Numbered from the stretch's first letter, positions 46,839-57,211 are shown. The stretch: 64,000 bases of DNA from a virus (IMGVR_UViG_3300023179_004209:167832-231831), one strand, 5' to 3'. Translations and numbers: made by a program. Notes: generated by a model not told the origin, from the sequence alone.

Positions 46839-47728
46839 TTAAGCTTAAAGATTTATTGTTAGAAAATGAAACGCCTAATATCTTTGTTCCTAGAAAGATT
46901 GAAGATAGAAATGCTAGATATAATCAAATGACCCAAAAAGCGGTGAATAAAATAATTGATGATTATAACGCTAGCAAAAATAAAGGTGATTTGGATTTAT
47001 CTGCTCCTGGTACTGATGATGATTATTGGGATGAGACCAGTGACTTAAATTTAAGTGGTGAATTTATAATACCAGATACATTAAAAAAAGTAAATGGTGG
47101 ATTGAGTTTAGAAAATAGTAATGTAACTAAATTACCAGACAATTTAGCTGTTGGTGATTTTATTGATGACTATAGTCATTTGGATATTTCTTATTGTAAA
47201 AAATTAAAAGCATTACCAAAAGGTTTAAAAGTTCATAGAATTGACGCTTATAATAGTGGTTTAATTGAAATACCTGATGACCTACAATGTTCTTACCTGG
47301 ATTTACAACATACAAGAGTATTAAAACAATTGCCATTGTTCAAACATTTTATAAAAGGAATTGATTTAGAAGGTTGTAGATTTTTCAAAACATTACCTGT
47401 TGGATTTACCACTGGTAAAGTAACAATTCAAGAAAGTAATTCATTTGTATCAATTCCTAATAATGTAAACATAAAAGAACTTTGGATCAATGACTGTCCC
47501 AAATTTACATCAATTGGTTCAAATTGTACAATTGATCGTTTATTTATTGGTTATAGTTGTACTAGTTTTATTATATTACCAACTGATATTAAAGCAGATT
47601 TACTAAGCCTTACATACATTTATACACCATTAAGAATACAATTATTTAATAAATATAAAACTAAACCAAAAGTTTTAAAAGCATTGAAGATAATGTACCC
47701 TAATGTAAAAGAATTCCAAATTGGTTAA
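46835..47728 (+). CDS. Divergent LRR protein 9 (MIKLKDLLLE tag)
   Basis: NVTKLPDNL and LKALPKGL repeats. Confidence 0.8.
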   Translation: MIKLKDLLLENETPNIFVPRKIEDRNARYNQMTQKAVNKIIDDYNASKNKGDLDLSAPGTDDDYWDETSDLNLSGEFIIPDTLKKVNGGLSLENSNVTKLPDNLAVGDFIDDYSHLDISYCKKLKALPKGLKVHRIDAYNSGLIEIPDDLQCSYLDLQHTRVLKQLPLFKHFIKGIDLEGCRFFKTLPVGFTTGKVTIQESNSFVSIPNNVNIKELWINDCPKFTSIGSNCTIDRLFIGYSCTSFIILPTDIKADLLSLTYIYTPLRIQLFNKYKTKPKVLKALKIMYPNVKEFQIG

Positions 47729-47732
47729 ACAA

Positions 47733-48206
47733 ATGAAAATAATAAAAGGAAATGTTGATTTAGACAGTCTGCATTTGAAAGAATTGCCAGAGATTTTATC
47801 TACGGTTGATAAAATTGAAAGTTATTTCAGTGTAAGTTATAATGTTTTAGAATCATTAAAGAATTGTCCTAAAGAAATTGGTGAATCAGTATATTTTAGT
47901 TATAATCCTAAAATTAAAAATCTCGTTGGTGGCCCTTCAATTGTTGGTAAAGATTATAGTGTAACAAGTTGCTCAGAATTAATTTCCTTGCAAGGAATAC
48001 CAGAAATAATACCTGGTAATTTGAATGTTTCATCCAATTATAAATTGATTGATTTTACATATTTTCCTAAAAAAATTGGTGGAACTTTACAAGTAGGACA
48101 TTATTATGGTGGCAATCGTAGATTTCCAAGAGAATTTACAGAAAAATTCTTTAGATCTATTTGTGATATTGACGGTGAAATAGAAATTTATCGTTGGGAC
48201 TTTTAA
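47733..48206 (+). CDS. LRR-like protein 10 (untagged)
   Basis: MKIIKGNVDLDSLHLKELPEIL resembles protein 6. Confidence 0.8.
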   Translation: MKIIKGNVDLDSLHLKELPEILSTVDKIESYFSVSYNVLESLKNCPKEIGESVYFSYNPKIKNLVGGPSIVGKDYSVTSCSELISLQGIPEIIPGNLNVSSNYKLIDFTYFPKKIGGTLQVGHYYGGNRRFPREFTEKFFRSICDIDGEIEIYRWDF

Positions 48207-48208
48207 AT

Positions 48209-49072
48209 ATGATTAAATTAAAAGATTTATTATTAGAAAATGATGATATCTTTATTCCCAGAAGAATAGAGGACCGTCAAACTAAATACAATAATCGCAC
48301 TCAAAAAGAAGTAAATGCTATTGTTGATGATTTTATTGCTAAGCGTTACAATATGGCATTGACACTATCACCAAAAGATATAGATGATAATGGATATGAA
48401 TATGGTACATTACAACATAATGGAGAGTTTGTTGTACCAGATAAATTAAAACATACACCAAGTTCTTTAACATTAGACGATTCAAATGTAACAAAATTAC
48501 CAGATAATTTAACCATAGGAAATGATATCTATTCATCATTAAATGTTGCTAGATGTTATAAACTACACCAATTACCAAGAGGATTAAAAGTTAAAACTAT
48601 TCATGCGATTTCAAGTGGCGTAAGAGTTATACCAGATGATATAGAATGTGAGTATCTTAATCTTGATAGTGCAGCATATATCACTGAATTGCCATTGTTT
48701 AAACATTATATAGAAACTATTAATTTATTATTTGCGGTTAGATTCAAAACATTACCAGCTAAATTTACCTGCGGTACACTTAATATATGTGATACAATAG
48801 TTGAACACATACCAGCTGATGTCAAAATAAAATATTTAAAAGCATCTCATTGCCCTCGTTTAGTATCAATTGGTAATAATTGTGAAATTGATAATTTGAT
48901 ATTAATAAACAGTGAAGTTGAATCAATTCCTACAGACATCAAATGTAGTAATTATATGAATATCAGAAATACACCATTTGTAAATAAATTTCTAAAAGAA
49001 CATGGTACCCGTGACAAAGTTATGGAAGAATTGAAACGGTCATATCCATATGTAAATGATTTTGGTATATAG
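48209..49072 (+). CDS. Divergent LRR protein 11 (MIKLKDLLLE tag)
   Basis: Paralogue of protein 9 (SNVTKLPDNL, LPLFKH). Confidence 0.8.
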   Translation: MIKLKDLLLENDDIFIPRRIEDRQTKYNNRTQKEVNAIVDDFIAKRYNMALTLSPKDIDDNGYEYGTLQHNGEFVVPDKLKHTPSSLTLDDSNVTKLPDNLTIGNDIYSSLNVARCYKLHQLPRGLKVKTIHAISSGVRVIPDDIECEYLNLDSAAYITELPLFKHYIETINLLFAVRFKTLPAKFTCGTLNICDTIVEHIPADVKIKYLKASHCPRLVSIGNNCEIDNLILINSEVESIPTDIKCSNYMNIRNTPFVNKFLKEHGTRDKVMEELKRSYPYVNDFGI

Positions 49073-49123
49073 AATAAGTTACAGTGTTTCAAATCTGTAA
49101 CATACTATTTGATACTTATATAA

Positions 49124-49852
49124 ATGAAAGTAAGAGCATTATTTATAAGTGATTGTCATATAGGTAGTGATTATTGTAACCATGAAAAATTATTGAAGTT
49201 ATTGAGTGAGATAGAATGTGAATATTTATACATTGTAGGTGATTTTATAGATGGGTGGATATTGAGCAGAAAGTTCAAGTGGAATAGTAACTACAATACA
49301 ATATTACAAAAGATATTGCGTATGAGCAGAAAAGGTACGCAAGTATATTATGTGTGGGGAAATCACGATGATTTTATAGAACCATTTACTGGTATATACT
49401 TTGGTGACAATGTACAGGTTGTAAGAGAAACCAGTCATGTTACATTAAACAATGAAAAGATATTGATTATTCACGGGGATCAATTTGATGGTATAGTGAC
49501 TAAAAACAAGTGGATACAACATATTGGTTCTGTTATATATGATTATAGTTTGGCGGTAAATAAGTTATTTAGAGTATTTAAGTTTAGTTTCAGTAATTTC
49601 TTGAAACAAAAAGCAAAAGAAGCAGTTAAGTATATTAGTAATTATGAACAAACTGTTGTAAATTATTGTAAAAACAGTAATCATGACAGTATTCTTTGCG
49701 GACATATACATAAACCAGAATGTAATTTTATTGACGGTATAAACTATTACAACACTGGAGACTGGATTGAAAATAATACATTCATAGTAGAAACAACTGA
49801 CGGTAAAATTGAATTAATTAAATATGAAAATACTATTTGGAGCTTGTACTGA
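49124..49852 (+). CDS. Metallophosphoesterase, LpxH/PlcP-like
   Basis: SDCHIG, VGDFIDGW, GNHDD, IHGDQFD and CGHIH motifs. Confidence 0.88.
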   Translation: MKVRALFISDCHIGSDYCNHEKLLKLLSEIECEYLYIVGDFIDGWILSRKFKWNSNYNTILQKILRMSRKGTQVYYVWGNHDDFIEPFTGIYFGDNVQVVRETSHVTLNNEKILIIHGDQFDGIVTKNKWIQHIGSVIYDYSLAVNKLFRVFKFSFSNFLKQKAKEAVKYISNYEQTVVNYCKNSNHDSILCGHIHKPECNFIDGINYYNTGDWIENNTFIVETTDGKIELIKYENTIWSLY

Positions 49853-50843
49853 GGGAAACGGTCATTTGACACAAACAATTGCCTTAAAACAAATACTAAA
49901 AAATAACTATGATTACGACATTAGTTGTGCTTTGGTTGCTAAAAAAAATAAGGGATTGGCGAAATACTTCACGGATGAATTCAAAGTAATACAATTCGAC
50001 GGATTTGATTTTGTATTCAATAACAAAGGTAAAGTTATTATATACAGAACAATATTAAAGAATTGGATGGAATTACCCCGTTTAATCTATTCATTCATCA
50101 AAATTTGTTACATCATCAAAAAAGAAAAACCAGATGTCATATTCAATTTTTATGAACCATTGATAGGTTTAACCGCTTTGTTTTTCCCAAACATAAAATA
50201 TATCAGTGTTGCACATCAATACGCAATGGATGCTGATGTATATCCAAAAATCAAAGGGTTTTATATACAAAAAATGTTTATAAAGTTAATCAATTGGGTC
50301 ACAAGCATAAAAGCAACCAAATTAGCATTGAGTTTTTATGAATTTGAAGATGATAATCTAATACCATGTCCACCAATACTAAGAAAAGAAAGTTATACAT
50401 TCAATAATAATACAGAAGACTTTGTATTGGTATATTTGATGCATGAAGATATGGTTCCAAATTTGATAGTACAAGCAGTATACAATCCAAATATAAAAAT
50501 ACAATGTTTTACCAAATTAACCAAGAAATTTGAATGTCCATCTAATTTAACATTGAATAATTTGGACGGTAAACTATTTCAAGAAAAGATGAAAGTATGT
50601 AAAGCAGTAATTTGTAGTGGTGGGTTTGAAACTGCTAGTGAAGCAATATTACAAAAAAAACCGTTGTTGATGATACCAATGGAAAATCATTATGAACAAT
50701 ACTGTAATGTAAATGATGCTAAATTTCATGGTTATGCTGAATGGAGTAAGAAAATTGATTTGAGTAAGATTCCAAATATACAAAGAGGAAATGAAATTTG
50801 GTTTAATAAAGTAAATGAAGTGATTAATAAGGTATTACAATAA
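49824..50843 (+). CDS. Glycosyltransferase, MJ1255/VC2487-like (GT-B)
   Basis: TEGNGHLTQ, NFYEPL, VICSGGFET.SEA and P.ENHYEQYCN motifs. Confidence 0.82.
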   Translation: MKILFGACTEGNGHLTQTIALKQILKNNYDYDISCALVAKKNKGLAKYFTDEFKVIQFDGFDFVFNNKGKVIIYRTILKNWMELPRLIYSFIKICYIIKKEKPDVIFNFYEPLIGLTALFFPNIKYISVAHQYAMDADVYPKIKGFYIQKMFIKLINWVTSIKATKLALSFYEFEDDNLIPCPPILRKESYTFNNNTEDFVLVYLMHEDMVPNLIVQAVYNPNIKIQCFTKLTKKFECPSNLTLNNLDGKLFQEKMKVCKAVICSGGFETASEAILQKKPLLMIPMENHYEQYCNVNDAKFHGYAEWSKKIDLSKIPNIQRGNEIWFNKVNEVINKVLQ

Positions 50844-50846
50844 TAT

Positions 50847-51407
50847 TTGATATTTATAATAATGATATTATTATTAATTATACCGTTGCTCATTCTTTGG
50901 TGTTCAATATGCGAATGGTCAATACACAGATTTGTTATGCATAGACCACCATTTGGGTTTGAATATGCTTATACAGCTCATACCAAAGTACATCATAATA
51001 TTTATAAAGCAGACAACACTTATCACGCTCAAGAAGGTGATGATGGTAAAAAGATTCCTATGGCATGGTGGAACGGTATTGTCATTTCTACATTAGCTGG
51101 ATTACCTATGTTAGTATTTGGTTATAAATTGTTTATATTGACATTTGTTGTTGCAATGTGTTATTATGGTGTATATGAAACCATACATTGGTATATGCAT
51201 TTGCCTAACAGAAGAAGTGTAGAGTATGTATGGTGGTTTAGAAAGTTGAATGGACATCATTTATTACATCATAGATATATGCAAAAGAATTATAATGTAG
51301 TGTTACCATTTGCAGATTGGTTGTTTGGAACATTATTGAGAAGAAGTCCTGTAAAATTTATGCAATGCAGAGAAACATATTGTTTGCCAAATGTTCAGCC
51401 TAAATGA
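50847..51407 (+). CDS. Fatty-acid hydroxylase/sterol desaturase family membrane protein
   Basis: His boxes EWSIHRFVMH, HTKVHH, YETIHWYMH and HHLLHH; TM segments. Confidence 0.85.
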   Translation: MIFIIMILLLIIPLLILWCSICEWSIHRFVMHRPPFGFEYAYTAHTKVHHNIYKADNTYHAQEGDDGKKIPMAWWNGIVISTLAGLPMLVFGYKLFILTFVVAMCYYGVYETIHWYMHLPNRRSVEYVWWFRKLNGHHLLHHRYMQKNYNVVLPFADWLFGTLLRRSPVKFMQCRETYCLPNVQPK

Positions 51408-51447
51408 GGCAATTTTTAGGAAAAATAAAAAAAGTTAGAAAATTCGG

Positions 51448-51476
51448 TTGACTTCGTTGGAATTTCGGTGTAAGGT
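51448..51476 (+). promoter_or_regulatory. Sigma70-type promoter
   Basis: TTGACT-17bp-TAAGGT. Confidence 0.65.
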
Positions 51477-53660
51477 ATGGGACGAACAATGAATAACGTT
51501 GTGAAATATCCTAAACTTTACGCTTGGACAACTGAACTTTACCAGACCAAAAATTGGTTGAAGATTGGCGATACCATGTTTGATGTTGATAACCGTATCA
51601 GTAATACAGATACAACGGGCATGGCAGAGCCTCCTATCAAAAAGTTGGACTATGATCTTGAAAAGATCTGTATTCGTTATAATCTCCCACCAACTAATAA
51701 AGTTGATAAGTGGATTCATTCTCGTTTGGAAAAAGATTACGGTATCAATCGTATTCGTAATAATCGTGAATTCTTTGAAGTTACTGTTGATAAACTCAAG
51801 AGTATTTTGAATGATCTTGAAATTGGTGTTCTAAGACCCAATAGTTATGCAATGCGTCAAGAACAATCTGATGCTGTTAACAGTGCATTTAACTATTTTA
51901 ACAATGGTGGAAATGAGTTTCTTTTGAATTGTAAGTGCGGTTTCGGAAAGTGTTTTGTAACATATCAACTTATCAAGAAGTTTGGATATGATATGAATGT
52001 TTTGATTCTTACAAGCAAGCCTTCTGTAGAGGATAGTTGGAAGAATGATTTGGATAATCATGTAGACTTTGTTGATTTTAATTATAATTACATTAAAACT
52101 GATAAGGTTGTATTCAAGAATAATAGTACCAACATTGTTTTTGGTTCATTCCAAGATGCTATTGGAAAGAATCAAAATAAAGAAATGAAGTCTAAATGGG
52201 TTGAACTTACAAAAGTTAAGTTTGATCTTTTGATTATTGATGAAGGACATTATGGTGCCAACACTGAAAAGGCGCATGATTTTCTCAAGAATATTTCTTT
52301 TAAACATAAGATGATTCTTAGTGCCACTCCTCTTAAGATGTTGATGAGTGGACGTTATGATCATGAAAATACGTTTACATTTACTTATGCAGATGTTCAA
52401 CATTTGAAGTCTTCATATCCTAATGAAGAGGCTTATAAGTGGCATCCAGTGATGAATGTTTTCACTTATAACATTGGAGATAAAGTCAAAGATTCTCTTG
52501 AATATTATTCTTCAGAAGAAGGACTTACACTCAATAAGTTTTTCAGTAGTGATGACGGTGAAAAGTTTAATCATGCGTCAGCAGTAAATAAATGGTTGGA
52601 TCTTCTTGCAGTTGAAGACGAACGTATTTTTGCATCTCCATTTAACAATAATATTACTGCTGGAAAATTGAATCATACACTTTGGTTCATGGAGTCCGTA
52701 AATTCTGTTATGGCAATGAAACGGACGTTGAATAATCATCCATATTTCTCCAGTTATCGTGTTATTGCTGCTGCAGGTGATAATGATAATGAAGGAAATG
52801 ATACAATTGAATTGGTACGTACTTGTATCAAAAAAAATCCCAAGACAATTACTTTGAGTTGCGGTAAGTTGAATACTGGTGTTACTATCAAAGAGTGGAG
52901 TGGCGTGCTTATGTTGGACGATACCGTAAGTGCAGAAACTTATTGGCAAACTGTATTTCGTGTTGAACGTCAAAATGTAGGTGTAAAGAGTGATTGTTTT
53001 GTATTTGACTTTAATCCCAATCGGTTTTTGAAGGTTACTTACGAATACTGTCAATATACTGCTAAGAAGAATCAATCTACATCCGGTGTCATTCGTGAGA
53101 TGTTGGATACGATGAAGGTGTTTACTTACAGTGATAACAAACTTGTGAAAATGAACAACGAAGAGTTTGTTAAAATTATTGAACACTCTAATACCGTTGA
53201 TTCTATTGTTAGTAAGGCAGCATCTGAGACTATTGTTAATATTGTAGATGTTGATGATATTACTGATGAAGTATTTGAGATTCTTAATCTTTTGAAAAAC
53301 AATGCAGGAAAGAATGTTAAAGTTGTAAACATTACTAAGAGTGATTTGACAAAGGGTAAAAATTCAGTTGTTGTTGGTGGTAATAAATCACCTAATAAGA
53401 AACAAAAGAATTTGTTGAAAGATGTAATTTCAAAGATTACTTCAGTCACTCGTCGTATTCCAACATTTCTGTTTATTGATAACACTAAACGATATGAATG
53501 TCTTAACGATCTGATTACCAAATCTGATGAGGATATGTTTGAAACCGTGGTGGGGATCAGCCTGAGTAATTTTAAAATTTTGGTTGACAACCAAGTTTTG
53601 AATGTTAAACTTATAAATAAGATTATTGAAGCGTACACTTGCGCTTATAATAAAGTTTAA
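51477..53660 (+). CDS. GIY-YIG (T5orf172-like) plus SF2 helicase, restriction-subunit-like (probable start 51489)
   Basis: N-terminal LYAW..LKIGDT..REFFEV; CGFGKC Walker A variant, IIDEGH, LSATP, KLNTGVTI and QTVFRVER motifs. Confidence 0.75.
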   Translation: MGRTMNNVVKYPKLYAWTTELYQTKNWLKIGDTMFDVDNRISNTDTTGMAEPPIKKLDYDLEKICIRYNLPPTNKVDKWIHSRLEKDYGINRIRNNREFFEVTVDKLKSILNDLEIGVLRPNSYAMRQEQSDAVNSAFNYFNNGGNEFLLNCKCGFGKCFVTYQLIKKFGYDMNVLILTSKPSVEDSWKNDLDNHVDFVDFNYNYIKTDKVVFKNNSTNIVFGSFQDAIGKNQNKEMKSKWVELTKVKFDLLIIDEGHYGANTEKAHDFLKNISFKHKMILSATPLKMLMSGRYDHENTFTFTYADVQHLKSSYPNEEAYKWHPVMNVFTYNIGDKVKDSLEYYSSEEGLTLNKFFSSDDGEKFNHASAVNKWLDLLAVEDERIFASPFNNNITAGKLNHTLWFMESVNSVMAMKRTLNNHPYFSSYRVIAAAGDNDNEGNDTIELVRTCIKKNPKTITLSCGKLNTGVTIKEWSGVLMLDDTVSAETYWQTVFRVERQNVGVKSDCFVFDFNPNRFLKVTYEYCQYTAKKNQSTSGVIREMLDTMKVFTYSDNKLVKMNNEEFVKIIEHSNTVDSIVSKAASETIVNIVDVDDITDEVFEILNLLKNNAGKNVKVVNITKSDLTKGKNSVVVGGNKSPNKKQKNLLKDVISKITSVTRRIPTFLFIDNTKRYECLNDLITKSDEDMFETVVGISLSNFKILVDNQVLNVKLINKIIEAYTCAYNKV

Positions 53661-54849
53661 TATGAATTCAATCAGCAAATTGAAGACAAACCAAGAGTTT
53701 GTCAGTAAACTCTATTCTCCATCGTCATCGGAGGTTTATACTCCTTTGTTTTTGGTTAATAGTATGTTAGATAAATTGCCAAATGAGGTTTGGAAAAATC
53801 CCAATTTGAAGTGGTGTGATCCTTTTTGTAAGAGTGGTATTTTTCTTACCGAAGTTGTTATTCGTTTGTTTGATTCTCTTCGTGAATGGGAAAGTGATGA
53901 TACAAAAAGGTACAATCATATTGTTAAAAATATGGTTTATGGATTTTGTTATACTGATATTGGATATCTTGTTACAAAACGAGTTCTTAATGATATTTCT
54001 ATTAAGAATCAATCCGTAAAAGGTAAGTTTGATATTGTTGTAACCAACATGCCGTTTAATGAAACTGGCAACAAATTCAATACTATTTGGGAAGACAACT
54101 GTGACAAGATTCTGTCTAACATTCTTGTCAATGGTGGTTATCTGTTAACTACAGTATTGCCAAAATGGAGAAAGCCCAATAGTGATGTATGGGAATTGTT
54201 TATTAAAAAGAATAAACTTGTACATTCTAAATTTTACGGAATCAATAGTGTGTTTAAAACCGCTGTTGATTTTGTACTGGTGAAAAAGGAAAAGTCATCT
54301 AATTACAACTATGTTATTTGTGATGTCGATGACAATACCTTTACATTTTCCAACAAAGATTGGGATTTTCTTCCTAATTGTAACTTTGATATTGTTCGTA
54401 AGTTGACGGTATCAAATTTGACTGATTCTAACCGATTGAAGGTAATGAAGTGTGAGTATATTTATGATACTCATAAGACAAATAAGAATCAATCTATGGA
54501 AGAGAGTGAATTTCATAAACATCCTTGTTTGCACACCCTTCATAAGGGATATAAGCCTGTATTTTATTATACATCTAAAAAACGTGGACATTTTGGTGTA
54601 CGAAAGGTAATTCTCAGTAGAACTGGTACATTCAGAGCTTATAATGATTATGAAGGTAAGTTGGGAATGACTCAACATTGTTGTGCAATTGTCGTAGACA
54701 ACAATGATATGGCAGAAAAGATCTGTAAATTTATCAATACCGATAAGTTTGAAAAATTTGTTAAAAAAACATTTTGTTGGGCTGGTATTGAAATTGAAGA
54801 TGCTATTCTTTTTTATCTAAAGAATAACTTTTGGGAGAAAGAAGTATAA
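53626..54849 (+). CDS. Eco57I-like N6-adenine DNA methyltransferase
   Basis: EVYTP..LVNSML, WCDPFCKSGIF motif I, FDIVVTNMPF motif IV variant. Confidence 0.75.
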   Translation: MKRTLALIIKFNMNSISKLKTNQEFVSKLYSPSSSEVYTPLFLVNSMLDKLPNEVWKNPNLKWCDPFCKSGIFLTEVVIRLFDSLREWESDDTKRYNHIVKNMVYGFCYTDIGYLVTKRVLNDISIKNQSVKGKFDIVVTNMPFNETGNKFNTIWEDNCDKILSNILVNGGYLLTTVLPKWRKPNSDVWELFIKKNKLVHSKFYGINSVFKTAVDFVLVKKEKSSNYNYVICDVDDNTFTFSNKDWDFLPNCNFDIVRKLTVSNLTDSNRLKVMKCEYIYDTHKTNKNQSMEESEFHKHPCLHTLHKGYKPVFYYTSKKRGHFGVRKVILSRTGTFRAYNDYEGKLGMTQHCCAIVVDNNDMAEKICKFINTDKFEKFVKKTFCWAGIEIEDAILFYLKNNFWEKEV

Positions 54850-54895
54850 TATCTTGTATTTAGTAGTGTTATACTGTATAGATATTTAATAAATT

Positions 54896-55636
54896 ATGAA
54901 TGACTATTTAGATCCGAATTTATATTATATTGGACCAATTAAAAAAGATGACGCAAAGAAATTGATTGTTGCAAATCATTATAGTCATGCATGGACTAGT
55001 TGCAGATATGCTCTTGGAATCTTCAAAAAGAGTAAAGAAGAGGAATTCTTTATTGGATCGGGTGATAAAATAATTGGAACACTAATCTATGGATTTCCTA
55101 TTGGAAGACAGGTAATTAATGGATTATCTGATTTATTGACCAATGAAAATGTATTGGAGCTTACCAGACTATGGATTGAAGATGGTCATGGCAAAAATAT
55201 TGAAAGTTGGGCTATTAGTCAGAGTTTTAAATGGTTGAAGAAACACGACACTAATATTAAAGTATTAGTAAGTTATGCCGATCCTTCTCAAGGACATTTG
55301 GGTAAGATTTATCAAGCAACAAATTGGTTGTATCAGAAAATAGAAAATACACCGGATGAATGCGATTATCTCATTAGCTTTGAACCACCTCCTAATTGTA
55401 AATGGGTACATACCAGAACAATTGGAGCTAAATTGGGTGGAGTAAGAAATAAAGCAATTATTGAAGAAAAAATTCAAAAACCTTATTGGAAACGTTTCAA
55501 CAGAAGAAAGTTTAGATATATTTATATTCTTACTGATAAACGTGAAAAGAAAAAGATACTATCATCATTAAAACATCCAACAAGTGATTACCCAAAACAA
55601 CTGGAATATAAAGATGATATAATTAAAGTTGAATAA
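54896..55636 (+). CDS. Mom-like DNA-modifying acetyltransferase
   Basis: HYSH, LELTRLW, VSYADPSQGHLGKIYQATNWLY and KFRYIY motifs. Confidence 0.7.
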   Translation: MNDYLDPNLYYIGPIKKDDAKKLIVANHYSHAWTSCRYALGIFKKSKEEEFFIGSGDKIIGTLIYGFPIGRQVINGLSDLLTNENVLELTRLWIEDGHGKNIESWAISQSFKWLKKHDTNIKVLVSYADPSQGHLGKIYQATNWLYQKIENTPDECDYLISFEPPPNCKWVHTRTIGAKLGGVRNKAIIEEKIQKPYWKRFNRRKFRYIYILTDKREKKKILSSLKHPTSDYPKQLEYKDDIIKVE

Positions 55637-55661
55637 ATATTATATACTATTTATTTAGTAT

Positions 55662-56468
55662 ATGCAACAAATAGTAGTAATAGATAAAAAGACAGGTAAG
55701 AAAAAATTAGTAAATGTACCCAGCCATAATATTGGTGTAAATGAAGTTGGATGGGACAGTCATGGTGGATATAATGATTATGCCAATTTTTTATCTCCAC
55801 TATTATATTTGGATGCTGGTAGAAATGATAGTTACACTTCCAGTTTTGGAACAACTTGGGTAGATGTTGCTAGTAGTGGTAGTGCTGATAATGGTACATT
55901 AACCAATGGTGCGTCTTATAGTAGTGATAATTTTGGTACAATGAACTTTGTTAGTGCTAGTAGTCAATGGGTAAGTGTACCGGATTTGGGTAATTTACCA
56001 AGATTTACTGTTATTACTTTTGCTAAGTTTGATGTTGCTCCAGTTGCAGGAACAAATGCTTTAGTTACCAACAGATTTACTGGTGTAGAAACATATCTTA
56101 ACTTTGCTATTGGTTCATTTGGATTGGATAATAAGATTGTAGGTGGTTTTTGGACAAATACATTGGGGTGGAAATATCCAACTGGTTATACAGTATCAAC
56201 CAATACTTGGTATATGTTTGCTGTAAGTTATGATGCAAGTACAATTAGATTTTATGTAAACGGAGCTGAATATTCTAATTTAGCCGTTGCAACAACAGTA
56301 GGTACAAGTGCTAAAGGAATTAATATTGCTAAAAGATGGGATAGCAGTGTTGCTGGGGATTTCTTTGATGGTATGATTCCAGTTGTATTGATATACAACA
56401 AAACATTGAGTGCAAGTGATATTACATTAGTATACAATCAATTTGCACCACGATATAGATTATCTTAA
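55662..56468 (+). CDS. LamG/concanavalin A-like lectin domain protein
   Basis: LYLDAG..SY, WYMFAVSYD..IRFYVNG and IYNKTLS..I..YN motifs. Confidence 0.8.
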   Translation: MQQIVVIDKKTGKKKLVNVPSHNIGVNEVGWDSHGGYNDYANFLSPLLYLDAGRNDSYTSSFGTTWVDVASSGSADNGTLTNGASYSSDNFGTMNFVSASSQWVSVPDLGNLPRFTVITFAKFDVAPVAGTNALVTNRFTGVETYLNFAIGSFGLDNKIVGGFWTNTLGWKYPTGYTVSTNTWYMFAVSYDASTIRFYVNGAEYSNLAVATTVGTSAKGINIAKRWDSSVAGDFFDGMIPVVLIYNKTLSASDITLVYNQFAPRYRLS

Positions 56469-56882
56469 ACTATCTAAGTATTTGTTATACGCTACATAAC
56501 TGTCAAATACTCTATCAAATATAAATAAATTATTACCACCAGATAATTTAACTCCCTTTTTTGTAACAATAGGTGAGGTTTTATTAATATAAACTATCAT
56601 ATGAATTGATGGATTTTGTCTATGAATCTCCACTCCAAATATCATCAATCCAGTTTTTTTATTTTTAAACTTTTCTTCAAACACTGGTTTACCGCCAGGT
56701 GTTTTTGGATTTGATTGAGATTGATTCCAATCACTAAACCAACTTTTTACATAGGTTAAGTTGTCATCTGATAACTTACTCTTATCATCAATAAAATTAC
56801 GGGTGACTCTCATTCTATCACCGGCATTTTTTAAATATCTAAATGCCTTTTTAATAGTAACAGCTTCAATCAATTCAATCAT
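56460..56882 (-). CDS. Hypothetical protein
   Basis: 140 aa, ATGA-coupled to the upstream gene. Confidence 0.6.
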   Translation of the reverse strand: MIELIEAVTIKKAFRYLKNAGDRMRVTRNFIDDKSKLSDDNLTYVKSWFSDWNQSQSNPKTPGGKPVFEEKFKNKKTGLMIFGVEIHRQNPSIHMIVYINKTSPIVTKKGVKLSGGNNLFIFDRVFDSYVAYNKYLDSLR

Positions 56883-57091
56883 AGTATTTCCTCTATATTA
56901 TCAACCTCAATTGATTCATTTACTATACGGTTATATTCAGATTCGTTGATTTCAACTTCAGGAACAGAATTTAACATTCCTTTTTCCACCATTTCTTGAA
57001 TAGTAAAAACTTTTTGAGGTTGACTTTCATTCAAAACTTCATCCACACATTCCTTGATGAGGTCTTTGAGTTCGTTCTTGGTCATCTTCAT
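56879..57091 (-). CDS. Hypothetical protein (MTKNELKDLIKECVDE motif)
   Basis: 70 aa. Confidence 0.6.
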   Translation of the reverse strand: MKMTKNELKDLIKECVDEVLNESQPQKVFTIQEMVEKGMLNSVPEVEINESEYNRIVNESIEVDNIEEIL

Positions 57092-57211
57092 GACAATAAA
57101 TATCGCAGAAATTTCAAAAAAGTCAAGAGATTTTTTATATTTTTTCGTTGAAGTTCACAATATTACTATTAATTTAATTTTTATTTTAACTTTATATATT
57201 TATATAGACAT

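Noticed and set aside
39681-49072. Diversity-generating retroelement acting on the LRR genes
   Set aside because: No reverse transcriptase, and no non-coding template repeat with adenine-specific mismatches, seen in this window
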